Positions 24,946-38,687 of a stretch of DNA of 64,000 nucleotides are shown here, piece by piece. The translations under genes and the position numbers were made by a program. The notes beneath the pieces are model-generated. The model ran no database searches. It saw only the letters and a program-made list of their open reading frames with translations, and was not told the origin of the DNA. Every line of letters starts with the position of its first letter. Positions within the stretch are counted from its first letter, which is position 1. The stretch is from Guillardia theta CCMP2712 (Eukaryota; Protista; Cryptophyta): NCBI RefSeq assembly GCF_000315625.1, contig NW_005434541.1, positions 122,669 through 186,668 of the forward strand, in the 5' to 3' direction.

Positions 24946-27068
24946 CCAAATACAACCTGCCATCAAACAAAATGAACATCAAGGTCTCGAAAGATAATCC
25001 TTGTATCAACAAAGGACAATTCTAACAATCCCGGAGGAGGGAAGGACTTCAATATCACGTCAAGAAGCATAAAAAAAACAATGCGAACTTCACGAGTCCG
25101 CTTGCTCCACCACTGAGGAATAACCATTCTGTACTACAAGTTTCGGAAGAACCCTTTTGCCTACTGTATGCGAACAATGTACTGGAATACTTGATTTCCT
25201 TGCTGTTCTCAGACAGGTGGTTTCAATCCTGAGGCAGCAGCCTGAAAGTATGGCTGCCCAGTTTCCCTCTTGCCATTTTTCACAATTCATCGGCCTGACC
25301 TTCCCTACGCCCACCTCCTGGCTCTCAATGCAGTTTCCTCAACTCTTCAGCTGTTTGCTATCTCCTCTCTTCATTTGCTTAATTCTCCTCCTCCCTCTTA
25401 CCGCAAGCGCCGCCATGATTGCCGTCCATCTCAGAGCTGCCGCTGCCATGTTGGCCTGGCTCCACCTGGATGGAACTGGTGCAGGGAGGGGTGAGGGTGG
25501 TTGAACGGGGCAGGTGGGGTATGTCGATGTGGGGTACCGTTCGCAAAGCTTGTTTGGACCGGTGTTCTGAATAGAAGATTTCTGGGAAGAAAGGTGGGTA
25601 TCATGATACACCCCTACCCTCAAATACCCCTTACTACCCCATATATGTCTTTCAGTACCCCTTCTGAACCATCAGGCATGCCACGCAGGCCCAACGATTC
25701 ATCCTTTAGCATTAACCCTACCCTCTGATTATCCAACGAGTCGTGAGAAATTACGGGGTAGGGTATGACAACAGGTTTCGATGGTGGGTGATATCACCCA
25801 TCTGATATTCTAAGGGTACTGAGCTGGCAATAGGGAGGGTATGAAATTCAAAGGGGTAGGTGGGAGACAGCAAACACCGAGGCTCATAACGTTCTTGCAC
25901 TTTCAGTGCCAAGCACGCCCGGCGCAACGGCGCGGTGACCCGGGCCCGGCGCGGCGGCCCGCGGGCCCGGCCGCCAGCCGTTTCGGCCCGGCGGCCGGCC
26001 CGGGCCCTCACCGGAGTCCGACCACTGGGCCTGCCGGGCCCGGGGAACGGGCCCCGCAGCCAGGCACTGATCAGTGAGTCACCCGCCGCCCCGGCGGGCC
26101 CCCCGGGCCCCGGCCGGGCACCCGGTCGGGCGGGCCCGGCCGCCGGAGTCTGGCTGAGTCCCGGAGTCCGGTTGGACCGTGCCGGGCACAGGCTGGGTCA
26201 GTCGGCACTGAGTGAACTTCCGAAGCTTCAGGCCGGCTTTTTTTTGGCTCGCTCAAGGGTACGTGACTTTCACGACCGGCGGAGGGTCCGAGGCTCCGGG
26301 AGCCGCTATCTTAACCGATCGAACGTTAACATCAACGAGTAAGTTGAGGCCCCCATGACCCACCTCGCCGTAGGAGGTCCTAGCATTGCCTCGGACCCTT
26401 TGACTTCTTGTGATTGACTTTGGTGTACCCTACCCCCGCTGAGGTATCACTACTAGTCCCCTCACGAACACCACTGGGGCTCCGTTGGGTACCCACCCTT
26501 TGTTCTCCCATCATTGGAAGGACCCCTACAATGATAGTCTCCACGAGGGTACAAGTGCAGGGAAGTACCCTAGTACCCTCCCAGAATACCGTTCACTGGC
26601 CCGCACCGTCTATAAATGTCCTGCCTGGCGTCTCCTCTAGTGGATCTGATCCCTAACCCTTCCTCCTCTTTCCCATTCAGTCGCCTCTGCTTTTCTGGTC
26701 GATTGCTCCATTGATCACCTACATTTCGTTACTTCTCAGACCCAGCCTCCCCCTCCTCTCTTACCCCATTTCCTCGTTCCTTTCTTCCTCTCCCATAAAC
26801 TGATTTCTCTCCTTCTTCGCCCGGCTCATGTTGATCGTCCGGGTCTCACAATTCTCGCTCAAGAACAAGAACTGCCTTGCCTAGAGAGAAATATTTTCCC
26901 TCCGACCTTGTCTTGTGGCCCTGTGAATCACTCCATTGTTTGCAGTTATTTCAAAGATCGTTAAGTCCAGCGAATGTTTGGATTTCAGGACAGCTCATCG
27001 GTGATGAATGCGCTTCAATAGCTGAATTGCTGAGTGATCAAGATTCAGAACAGCACGGCAAGGTCTGA

Positions 27069-28074
27069 CATGGGAAAGCAAGGAGTGGTCGGGGAGGAAA
27101 TGGGCGTCTACTTGGTATGTGCCGTAAATTTTCTATTCATACATCACCAAAAATTTATCTGATTCATGTTGTATGATGCAGCAAGGTGCAGTGAGTTCCT
27201 TGTTCGAAAATGTCTCCGGCGCTTTCTCGCCCATCTTGGTAAATCATTCCTTGCATTTCTTTTGAGATACCTGATGCTGCTGCAAGCAATCGAATTATAG
27301 CAAGAAGATAAAATCGAAAAAGGAACATGTACACCAGCAGGAGACAGGTAATTCTTCAATTGCTGTTGCATAGCAAAACTCATCACAACAACAGTTGCAG
27401 GCTCTCCCGAAGAATTGTCTAGCCACCGCAAGCTCAAATCTGCGTCTCTTGAGGCATCTGAACAGCAAGACGCTCCGTCGCCAACCTCACCTATCGGGAG
27501 ATACAAGTCAGCGCTCAAGTCTCCAATGACCTCGTCTCCTCTCAATCGCTCAAACCTTCGCTCCCCTCTGGATAAAAAGCCTGACAGCAAAATTCGATCC
27601 GTAAAAATCAGATTCATTGAAGAGGAAACGCAGCACTCTCCAATCGCTTGTGCCAAGACGGACAAGTCAGCACCTGCCGAATCCACAGCACCGAAAGATC
27701 ACAAGGACCATTTTGTGATCCAATCCTCCAAACAGAAGAACAGGAAAACAAAGAAGGATGCGATGATCGCAGCCAGCTTGACCATCGAGGAAGAACACCC
27801 TCCAGCCGAGGTGAAGACGAATCTAAAGCGTTAGACCCGTGCTGATCATGCTGAATGTTAAGGCGGATGAGAAATTGATGAGGTTGAATTTAAATGTTCA
27901 GCTGACACAAGAAGCCAAAGAAGCAGCTCAATTTCACGTCAACCAGGTGAGGAGTGACGAATGAGTGGTTGGTCAATGAGCGCTCTTGTCTTGTAGGCCA
28001 GGATGCTTTCGACGAAGAATCAGTTGCCTGACGGATCCCCTCTCAATATTCGGGATGGAATCTTGTGGTTATAG
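27069..28074 (+). CDS. Hypothetical multi-exon protein
   Basis: Chain of plus-strand ORF segments separated by short GT-AG intron-like gaps; no recognised domain. Confidence 0.35.
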
Positions 28075-28201
28075 CGACGACACTCTATGCCATGACGCTA
28101 GATGTCAGACAACAACTTCTCGTCTTCTCTTCTCAGTAAAACTTTAACAAAATCTTGTGCACCTTGGCATTTGACGGGGAATGTCTTTTCAAAAGTAATC
28201 T

Positions 28202-30139
28202 CTAAGATGACTGTCTAAGAGAAAAGTAATGAATTTCTTTAGCACATAGACACCTGCAACATGCTGAGTGTCCGCTCAACTTCTGCGCAACACTAACCTT
28301 CTGCTTTCTTGCCTCTCTGACCTTCTCCAGCGAGGAGTTTATCGCATGCTGTTGATGTGGCTGCAGCTCTTGTTGACCCAGCATGGCAACTTCCTCAAGG
28401 TAAGGGTCTTGTACTTTACTGGATCCATCAAAGATGACGACAGGAAGATGTCAGCAATTAGAATCAAACAGCCGAAAGTAGATATTCGAAAAATATGACC
28501 TCTTGATACCCGTGAGCTCCTCCATCACCGCTAGACCACAGAAAGGCGCGTACACTTCAGAGTATCCGCCCTGTATATGCATGAAGGGTTCAGATCGAAG
28601 CGAATCCATGCTCGTAAGACCTCGTGCAGCAGAATCAACTTGCCGGAGCAGCATCTGGCATAAATAAATTTCACATCATCGTCCAGACACTTCAAGATAA
28701 ACTTACCGATCTGCTAGCTCCTTGACCTGTTGTGTAAGATACCTGAAGGTTTCTGGAAGGAAAATGATCGACAAGAACAAAACAAAACATCAATCATTAC
28801 CGGAGTGACACATCATGGAACCGAGCGGATCGAAGAAAGAACAGTCAAATCCACAGCTGATCATAATCTGAAATACACAAAACAATCATCCTCGTGGGTA
28901 TAAGTGAAAACACTAAGTAACGAAGATCAAGTCAAACCATCTCAGTCGTGCATCTTACACTCGTGCACATTACATCGACACGCGATGACAGAGCTCATGC
29001 AATTCAAGTACGCGCAATAGAAAGCGATTGAACTTGCCAACTGCGGTTTTTCATCGCCAAAGCTGGTTTCAGCGAGAGAGCACGCAGCTCTGATAGCTTC
29101 CCTAACAGTTTCGTCATCTGCTCATGAGATCCTGCGCTTCTCCGCCACCTGTAGGCCCCATCGCCACTGCCAGGAGGAAGAGGTAGGTTGCAATTGAATC
29201 CAAGGCCAAGCCCCTTTGCAAAGAGTCAAACCCCCTCTCATCTCCTCACATCACCTGGCCAAGTTCATCAGCAAACCCACTGTCAAGAGGATAACTGCTT
29301 TCACGATCATTGCATGTCGTCAAAGCGGAGGTTTACTTGCGATCTTGATGGATACTGATGAACATTACTTTGTCTGAATCATCTACTTTATCGTCAGGCA
29401 CGAAAACTACTTTCATTCACTTTACAGAATGCTTGTTGGGTTCCATTGCCATGATGTACATCCCAATCGATGATTACGATCCTCTCTAGTCCTGATGGGG
29501 TTCAATCCAATAGAACAAGAGGGAAGAAAAAGTCGTCACCTCTTACTTCGATCGCGTGCTTTGCTGCTATTGCAATGTTGTTGAGCAAACAGAAACCTCT
29601 GCCTCGGTCTCGCTCCGCATGGTGACCAGGAGGGCGTAGGAGGCAATATCCATTGACAATCCTTTCGTCCAAGACAGCGTTCACCATGCTAATGGCAGAT
29701 CCAGCAGCAAGCAGAGCTATTCCAAGTCCACCTGGGCTGAAAGGAGCACAGTCTCCCGCATCACCACCTTCACATTCGCTCAATTCTGTGAGTTTTGCTT
29801 CGAATGGGCGTTAGAGTGTTTGTCGCAACAAGAAAGTTGATCTCACTCAAATACTCCTGGCTATGAACGCGAAGAACCTCGTCTAATGTTGCAGGAAGCG
29901 AGTCTATGGGGACAGTTTCTTTGAGCAACCCACTGACTTGCAGGAGCGAATGGATTCTTCTCTTGCTCTCAGGCGTTTCCACGTGTTGGATCGGCTGAAC
30001 GAATAGGGTGCGCTTGCATGGGCGCTCATGAAATGACATTCCTACGAGTTTCTCTTATGGGCACGAAACGGAAAGGCTCCCTCCGTCCCTGTACCCCCCT
30101 TCCTCTCCATCCCTTTTCGCCCCTCCCTGCCTCCCAGCC

Positions 30140-30188
<49 letters not shown>

Positions 30189-30338
30189 CTGCCTGCCTGC
30201 CTGCCTGCCTGCCCCCTTACCTCTTCTGCCTCTCCTCTTCCTCACCATCCACAGCTCTCCTATCCTGTTACTCCTTCCCTTCTTACCGCCAAAATGCCAT
30301 CCAAACGCTTCTTGCCATGCATAGCCTGTCGGAGCCAT
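28202..30338 (-). CDS. Zn-dependent histone deacetylase family protein (class II / bacterial HDAH-like), multi-exon
   Basis: [74 protein letters not shown]. Confidence 0.9.
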
Positions 30339-30437
30339 TCAACCTGGTTTTGGCAAATTAATCTGTAAGCTAAAAGAACTTTTTTTTTTTGCAATGACAG
30401 TTTGTTCGACATCAGCGTCATATCAGCGACTTGCAGG

Positions 30438-30782
30438 AGAGACTTGCTGTCGCTTCTGATATGAGACTTGCTGTCTCTCCTGATATGAGACTTGCTGTCT
30501 CTCCTGATATGAGACTTGCTGTCTCTCCTGATATGAGACTTGCTGTCTCTCCTGATATGAGGACTTGCTGTCCCTCCTGATATGAGACTTGCTGTCTCTC
30601 CTGATATGAGACTTGCTGTCCCTCCTGATATGAGACTTGCTGTCTCTCCAGATATGAGACTTGCTGTCTCTCCTGATATGAGACTTGCTGTCCCTCCTGA
30701 TATGAGACTTGCTGTCTCTCCTGATATGAGGCTTGCTGTCCCTCCTGATATGAGACTTGCTGTCTCTCCTGATATGAGACTT
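30438..30782. repeat. 24-bp minisatellite, about 14 copies
   Basis: ATATGAGACTTGCTGTC(T/C)CTCCTG in tandem. Confidence 0.95.
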
Positions 30783-31307
30783 TTAGAATCTCGTCGTCAT
30801 GAGATCATACATTGACATTTTGACATGACAAGAACTCTGCGTCTCATGCTCGCCGCCAAGATGGTCAAGTCAGAAGCATGTCAACCTGTCTCAACAGGCT
30901 CGACTTCGATGCTGCTGTCCAACGCTACTGTATCAAGCCTCATTATTAAAAGTGACACCCTATCAGCAGTATCAGAAGTTTAGTTCATTAGAATGCTTAG
31001 TGGGCTTACAAGGTTGGTTAGAGCACCTAGTCTAACAGAGATCTCACTACTCGGCAGTGCCACCCGACTTGACTGTCCCACGTGGAAGCCTTGCTTCCCT
31101 CTCCGCCCTCTCCTCAGGTCTCAAAATTTATAAGCGACGCCTTCAGGTACGTCAACTTCTGAAACTTCATGTCAGATCATTCCTGTTTTTTTCATCCTTT
31201 CCGTGCAAGTTCTGCTCTTTAACCATTCACCACAAGCACTCTCGCCCGGCTCGTTTCTGGATCACTTGTCTCTATTCATCTGCGGGAGTAGTTTTATGCT
31301 ACATCTA

Positions 31308-33909
31308 CTACGAATGCCCCTCGTGGTCAAGGCGAGAGTAAACTCTCAGCGTGGAACCAGACTTCTTGTGCCGCATCATGGTGTTCACAAACTTGTCCTT
31401 GGCCTTTTCTTGGACTTTGTCTGTCTCTTCTTTGTCCGCGCCATCAGTCAAAACAAGGTCCACGGCACTGTTGAGAATCCCCCCGTCCATGAAGGAGTTC
31501 AAAGACAGCTTCCTCTCCAAAGTCGCAGATTTGAGCACCCGACCCACATCACTACTCCTCTTCTTTCGCGGCTTCGCTTTGGGTTCTTTGCCCTGGTCAA
31601 ACAACGAAGTGAGGCACGCAAGGAGACAAGTGTCAGAGGCACTTACGTCGTCCAACGGAGATCGCTGCGGTTGTTCCTGAGAGGGAGCTGATAGACGACA
31701 ATGAGTAAGAGGTTGAAGTAAGTTACTTCTGCTTACAAGGATTTGAGTAATAATGGCTTGATGCGTCAGCCCTAACAGTTTGAGGAAGGGTTGTTCGTTG
31801 TAAGGAGGCAACCATCTTCTCAATGTTTCTCAGCCTCTCATCAGACAATTCTTCTATGATCTCCAAGATCGAGTAAAACTCCTCTTTCGTAATAGTGCCG
31901 TCCCCGTCACTGTCAAGGCGCTGCAGAACTTCATCATGTTTTGATACAGGAATGGAGAGTTGTTTTAAAGCATCCGTTGCTTCTTGTTTGCTCAGCTGAC
32001 CGCTATCATCTTTGTCATGTTGGTAGTACACCTCAATGATTCTCGCCATGCCTTTGTTCGAATATCCCCAAGAATGTACGATCTTTGAGATCGTGTCGAT
32101 TCTCTGATCCATCAACTTGATCATAAGGAGCAACGCGCGCATATCTTTGCTTGTACTCTCCTGCATTGCATTGGCCACTTGTCGCTGTGCATATCGCCGG
32201 ATCTCTTCTCGCATCATCTCTTGGAACTGCTCGGAACTAAACTCTCCTTGTGAGTTACAGAGTTTTCCTCCTTCTGTAAGAAGATCAAAATCATCATCTT
32301 GGAGATGGATGGGAGAAGATGTAGGAAGTCGCTTCAACCCGAACTGAAACTCTTCATAATTCAATCCACCAGATCCATCATTATCAAGCCTTTCATAAGC
32401 ATCTGCTATCTTCCGTGCAAGATCCCTATCAGTAACGAAATGCGAGAGGTGAGAGGAGAGGGGGTCTAGAATGCCATTCGAACGTGTCAGAGCTTTTCGT
32501 TTCTCCTCTTCAATCTTCTCTTGTCTTTCGATTTCCTGCTTTTCTCTCTGAATAGATGAGATGAATTCGTCAAGAAGAACTGCAATGACAACATTGATCA
32601 ACACCACCCCAGCTATGAGAACGTAGCTGACAAAGAATAGGGCAATGCCGAAATCTGTCCCATTGCGCAGTGTCTCGTCGTCAAACAGTACCCTAGTTAC
32701 AGATGAGGCCCATCTGGAAAGACAAAGTCAGACTTCCATGTGGCTGCTGGAAAGAAAATTCACCCGTCGCCTGTCACGACTTGAAACATCTGCAATCAAA
32801 GTGTTTAGCAGGTCACAAGGAACTCAAGACTGTTTGCTCACAGTGAAGAGAGACTTGGAGAAGGAACCAAACATTGGTTCGTGACGAAACCGAAAGAACT
32901 GAGTTCCTAAAGCTGCCCAGATGCAGGTGACGAGAGCGAGGATAAGGAAGCTATTCGCGACGGGTAAGACAGCACAGGCCAATGCTGATATGATGCGATT
33001 TAGAGACTTCAACCTTCGGAAAATCCTCGCAACCCTGAAGACTCTGATAAGACGAAACACCTTGACCGAGGGGATGTCTGATGCGAGTACAGTCAACAAA
33101 GACGCTATCACAATCACAACATCCAGCAAGTTCCATCCATCGGACAAAAACTCAGCAAATGCGTTGTGAGATTTTGCAAATAAGTTCACAAACAGCTCTA
33201 GCGTGAACATAACAGTAAAAAAGATGTCCATCTTAAAAAACTTTGCTTGTGCTTCAGAGCCCTCCTCTGGCAAGACTTCTGCTTGAGCAAGATCAGTTAT
33301 GAAGCTTATGAAAATCAACCCAGCGACAGCAATCTGCATGAGGTTGGACTCATAAATCGCCTTGACGTGAGCACGGATCTGTCGGATTTTTCCCTTCTGG
33401 AGCAGTTGATCGTACTCCATTGCTTCAAGCTTCTCGGTCTTCGCATTCTTTACAGCGGCAAGCCAATCCTTGTGCTCGTGACTGTCAGCCTTGTAGGTGT
33501 ATGCGCGGCCAGCATTGATTCCAGTGGGTGATGTCTCGACAATGATTTCTCGTATGATGTCCTTGGAGTCCTCCTCATTGAACTCTTCGAGTATGTTGAC
33601 GATGTCTTCTAGCGGAATCTCATCAATGATGATTGTCGTGTTCGGCTTCGCGAAGAAGAGAGCATCCTTGGTCAGCACGGCTCGTCTCGGATTCCACGAG
33701 ACAGTCGCGCCGACTCTCTTTTTCTCCAGCAGACCTTCTTTGATCCAAAGAGACTCGTCGGGAAGGAGGAGCTTATCTGATATCGACACTTCCTTCACTT
33801 CAATCTCTGCATGTGCTGCATGCACTGCCGTAGCCGCCGCAGCGATTGCCACCATGTCAACACTCGCCCGTTCGCCTGTGCTCGGATCACCCACCCCACC
33901 CACATTCAC
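31308..33909 (-). CDS. Single-domain (6TM) voltage-gated cation channel with N-terminal PH domain and C-terminal EF-hands; ends approximate
   Basis: PH-like IKEGLLEKK..WNPRRAVLTKDALFF; S4 VKVFRLIRVFRVARIFRRLK; spliced pore FQVVTGDGWASSV; S6 LINVVIAVLLDEF; EF loops DNDGSGGLNYEE, DKDDSGQLSKQE, DSDGDGTITKEE. Confidence 0.88.
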
Positions 33910-34479
33910 GACGCTTCAAAGCACTACAATCCACCCCTTGTTATCGCTTTACATCCTTCTAACCGTCCCAAAGTGTCCGAAGTTAACAAATTGTCTGCTA
34001 CCTACCCTCCTCGAAGGGATCACATAGAAACGTGTACCCCCCGACTGTGCCTTTGAGACCCACCCCTGTGACCTGTCTGTTCGTAATCTTCCAGGACCTG
34101 ATCATGAAGTCGAAATCAACCAGCAATTTTGACTACCCCCACCCCCTGGCCCTAAAAAAAAAAGAACCTTTTTTGAATGGTTCACATGAGGACTGAATTA
34201 GAAAGTCACCGTTGAAACCGTTACACCGAGGCCTATACGGCGGCGTCCGGGAGTCCAGGCATAGCTAGTATGGCCCGAGGGGCCGGCCACTGGGCCGGCC
34301 ATTCAACCATGAAGGCGCGGCAGGTCATTGACTGGCCGTGTCAACTGAGTGAGACTGCATGCCAGGCCCCCCGCCGGCCTCACAGAGTCAGCGGCTCAGC
34401 AGGCCTCACTGCATCAAACAATGCAGTGCAGATCACCGAAAGGATCATCACATGATTGCCTAGCCGTCATTACAGATGT

Positions 34480-37400
34480 CTATTCATGATCAGGATCAAG
34501 TTCAATCATGGCAACAAGCTACTGTCAGAGATAGATTCCTTCTTGAGGATTGAAAGTGGCACCCAGTGCGAAGAGTTTAGCCATTAGAGCCTGAGCATAT
34601 GTTAGTGGTGCTCTTGCTCGCCGTTCTCACCTTGGCCTCAATGAGGAAGAGATCGTTGCTAGACGCAAGCCTGTTGACAAATCTTAATGAGGAAGGAGGC
34701 AGCGTTGTGCGGCACCTTCTAACATCATCCTGGAGATGTTTGCTTGACATCAAAGTCGAGCAGGCAGGCGACGTCTGTCCCTTGAAAATTTCATCCTGCC
34801 AGGCTTGAGTTGACCAACAAGACCAGCAAGCAAGGATGAAGTGACCTGTTGGTGCCGGTCTGTATCAGAAAGACGGTCCTGCCCTGCTCCATGACATCAG
34901 AAGATATTTTGCCCATCAGTAATACCTTGAACGAAATTGTGCAAGCATGCATTAGAGATCGTCGCAGAAGGGTTGGTTGAGCGGGCCTTCATCGCAATAT
35001 ACATCCCGACAAGCACAACCTGCGTGGCTCAAAATCAACGAGCACGAGGCAGTCAACGCCTTCTTGCCTGCTCCCTATCCGTCAGACTCATCCTCTCCAA
35101 TCGCACTGTCAGCTGCGCCTTTGATGCCTTAATCTGCTTCTCCTAAACGCAAGTGTGATTTTCCAATCCAAAACATCGCTACCACCTTCGGGGCCGCCTC
35201 CACCTCGTCCCCGCCTTCTGCTTGTTCCTCCTTCTCCGCGGCTTTATCTTCTTCTGTTTCCTCGTTTCCTGCTCCTGGGTTGCCATCTGGCTTCTCGTAC
35301 TCTGGTCCCTCGAAATCAGGAGCTTCAGGCCTTGCCTGACAAGAGCATCACAAAATTGCACTAGGGCTGTACTCTTACTTCTTCATCCCTATCCCCCATC
35401 TCATCGTCGAGCCTGCCGTAGATAATGGGGACAGGAGATAATCCCATCTCTTCAAGCGCCAACGCAGCTGCTCTCATTAAGTAGCTGCATGATTCCTAAT
35501 CAAGAGGCACCTGCCATGTACAGTACGTCGCAGAAGCTCAGCAAGGAAAACTTTGCATGCAAGTCTTGTACTTGTTTCAAAGTTTTCTCAAGCCCTAGAG
35601 TATCTCAACATCATGCGCTCGCACACACATTCGACATGTCACCGTGAAGATCTGAGCGGTGACCGACGTTTCCTCGGGCTCCTCCACTTGCGCCTTTGTC
35701 CGTTAGGCGAAAGCTTGAGAGGTCCAGCCAAGCTATACCCGAGTAAGAATTGCTTGGAAAGAGAGAGAGCACGAAAATTAGCCCACCCAGCTTCCACCAC
35801 CTCATCACGTCCTCCTCGGTCCTCACGATATGTTGAAAAGCCTCCTTGCATGCTCGTAGGTTCACCAGGTAGAGGCTCCACCTATCGGGAGAGCTTGCAG
35901 CCTTTTCCAAGTCAGGCACAAACAAACAAGGCAGAATAAAGGAAAACAGGGAGGTGTTGAGAGTTGACAGGTGAAAGTTGAAAGATTGGAGGGGAGCGCA
36001 CACCTGCTCGTCGTATGCTAATTTCAGCGATAGATGACTCATGATCTGGGAATTTCCTTCTTCGTCTACAGATGACCAACATCCCAAGTGCTCTGCCACC
36101 AACTCGCTGAGGTTGCGAATGAGCTTGAATGAACTAATTCGCCTTATGCTGAGGAGCTGAGCTGGAGCTCCTATCCGCTTCAAAACCGTGGCGTTTGGAG
36201 GAAATGCGCGGAGAAGGGAAAGCATCGCCTTCAACACGTTTGCTTGGATTGTTTCCTCCTCGGAAGCGAGCAGAAGCTCAAACAAGGTTTGTGAAGCCCC
36301 TGCCCTCCCAGCATCGCGGCTGTTCAAGGTGTGGCGGAGGCACAGAGAAGCAAGAGCAGCGGCTGCTTGATTCTTGACCCTGAAGCTCCGGTGCTTGCAG
36401 AGAGTGACGATGGAATCCATCACTTCCACTTTGCCGACTTCATCCTGCAAAGCAGTGTAGCCTGTGCTAGACAAGCGAATGACTTCCTGTACGTGATTTT
36501 GCTCGGGATATGCGCACATGAAGCCAAGGGCTGCGAGCACGTTCTCGATTACGTGCTCATCAGCATCTTTTAGCCTGAAAATAGATCAGGAAAGTGATAT
36601 CGGAATCAAAGTGAGGTAAAGAGGAGCAGCAGCAGGGCTTGGGGTCAACATGCAGAAGCAAGAGAATTGATTTGGGAGGAAAGGCGGGTAAACAGTAGAA
36701 AATGTAACGATGCTCGCCTTTCTCCTTTGATGAGGGTTGATAGCACTGGCACAGCTTGATACTGCAGAAGCGCAGCTTTACCACTGCTTTCGTTGGCTAG
36801 TTCCAGCAGCGCACCAGCTGCTTCCACGTGTGTTAGATGATCCTCGCTTACAGAACACAAAGCTATGAGCCCATAAACAGCGTTGGAGGATAGCAGGTTC
36901 ATTCTCAGCTCCTGGCTTCGTGCGACCTCCTTGATGCAGGCAGCTGCTCTCCGCCGAACCAGAGAAGACGGGTGATCAACAAGTGATAAGACTGCTTCGA
37001 CTCCTCCTGCTCTACAGAAATCCAGGCGGTTTGAGGAACTCTTGACAATTTCCAGTGATGCACCAATACTCTCTTCCAGTTTGTTGACTCCGCTCTTTCC
37101 ATCTTGAAGCATTCCTACCACATGCGGGATGGTCCCAACGGATCTCGCATGCTCCCTCGCCTCCTCTTCAACGAGTATTGCATCGAGGGCTGCAATTGCT
37201 GCTTCCTGCCGCTGTCCACCCTGGTAATCAGCCTCGTTTAGGTCACTTATGATTCAAAGAGCAGAGGATCAGAACCAAAAAGATGAAGGCATCAGGGAAG
37301 AATAGGAAGATGAGTAAGCAGACGGACAATTAGAGGAAATCACCTGATACGGTATCTGCTTGTTTACTCCTTGCTTACTTAGCAGCTCTTCAGAGTCGGG

Positions 37401-37877
37401 AGAGGAGATTATGTTGGTAAGGTTTCGAACCGCCCCTGCTGCAATGAATTTCATTCTGCTAGTGCTAGATCCTAGCTTGCACATGTGGCTGATTGCGAGA
37501 CTTGCGAAGGTTTGAACGATAAGAGAAGAATTGCTGCTGAGTTCTACTAGATGCTTTTCAACATCTGTTTTTTCTAAGGCATTTACGTTGGGCAGACAGT
37601 TCTCCACCGCCAGGGCAAAACACAAGCTGAGGGACTCGAGCATGAGTTTGTCTTTTGCCTGTCCTAAAGTAGCAGCGAGCAGAGGCATCACACCACCTTC
37701 CCACACAATGTCCTTTTCCTGGTACGTCACACTGAGCTCTTTCCTTGCCTCAGCCTTAGCTGCTTCATTGTTCGCCTTGCGAATGCTGTCAGCAAGAAGC
37801 AGCGCTGTCTTTGTGACTGCTGATTTGATCGGCAGGGCAAGATCTTTGAGCGCTTTCTTCACTTTCGGGTCAGACAT
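34480..37877 (-). CDS. Armadillo-repeat protein, multi-exon
   Basis: AGAVRNLTNII, AGGVEAVLSLV, VEAAGALLELA, QAAAALASLC: typical ARM helices across several exons. Confidence 0.75.
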
Positions 37878-38293
37878 TGCAAATCGGGAAGGCGATACAG
37901 AATCTATCTATCAAATTTCTGGTAGACAACGACAAAATTCAAGATATTCTGCGTAAAATCAGTGAGAATTGAATCGAGGGAGGACAGAGGAGGACAGAGG
38001 AGGACAGAGGAGGACAGAGGACAGAGGACAGAGGAGAGGAAGAAAAGGAGAGGAGGAAGAGGAGAGAGGAGAGAGGAAAAAGGATAGGAGACAAATTGAA
38101 AGGGAGGAAAGAGAAGGTAGGAAGGGAGAGAGGAGGAGAAAAAATTTAGGCGACCAAGAAATATCAGACAGGATGCTGAGACATACACTGTATGCATGGC
38201 GGTCTGCATGGCGGACTGCATGCAGTCTTCATGGCGGTTGAAAACCTATCTATCTGGTATACCCGTTGCCGCCCAGTTAGAAAATTTCAAGGT

Positions 38294-38495
38294 TTCTGGT
38301 TTAGGGTTCCTGGTTTAGGGTTCCTGATTTAGGCTTCCTGGTTTAGGGTTTAGGGCACTCCCAGTACTCGCGAGCCTCTTTAGACTACGATTGTGTATGT
38401 GGGTTTTTAGGGCTTAGGGCTTAGGGCTTAGGGCTTAGGGTTTAGGGCTTAGGGCTAAGGGCTTAGGGTTTAGGGTTTAGGGTTTAGGGTTTAGG
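38294..38495 (+). repeat. Proximal degenerate telomeric tract: (TTCCTGGTTTAGGG) about x4, (CTTAGGG)n, (TTTAGGG)n, interrupted by a ~45-nt element remnant
   Basis: Direct reading; the G-rich strand is +, so the chromosome end lies to the right. Confidence 0.9.
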
Positions 38496-38597
38496 AGCCG
38501 GCCCTTAGTAAGAGCAGCCGGCCCTTAGTAAGAGCAGCCGGCCCTTAGTAAGAGCAGAGCCGGCCCTTAGTAAGAGCAGCCGGCCCTTAGTAAGAGC
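38496..38597 (+). repeat. 5' monomer array of copy A, 20 bp x5
   Basis: AGCCGGCCCTTAGTAAGAGC in tandem. Confidence 0.95.
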
Positions 38598-38687
38598 ATG
38601 CGGCCCTGCGGCGCGTAGGGAGAGCGCAAGGGGACCGGTGGAAGCTGCGAGCAAGAGGTTCATATAGTTCAAACAGCCTTTCTAAGC

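Noticed and set aside
6317-30338. Functional cluster of chromatin genes (LSH, GT41, MTase, HDAC) next to the telomere
   Set aside because: Interspersed with unrelated genes; no evidence beyond chance adjacency
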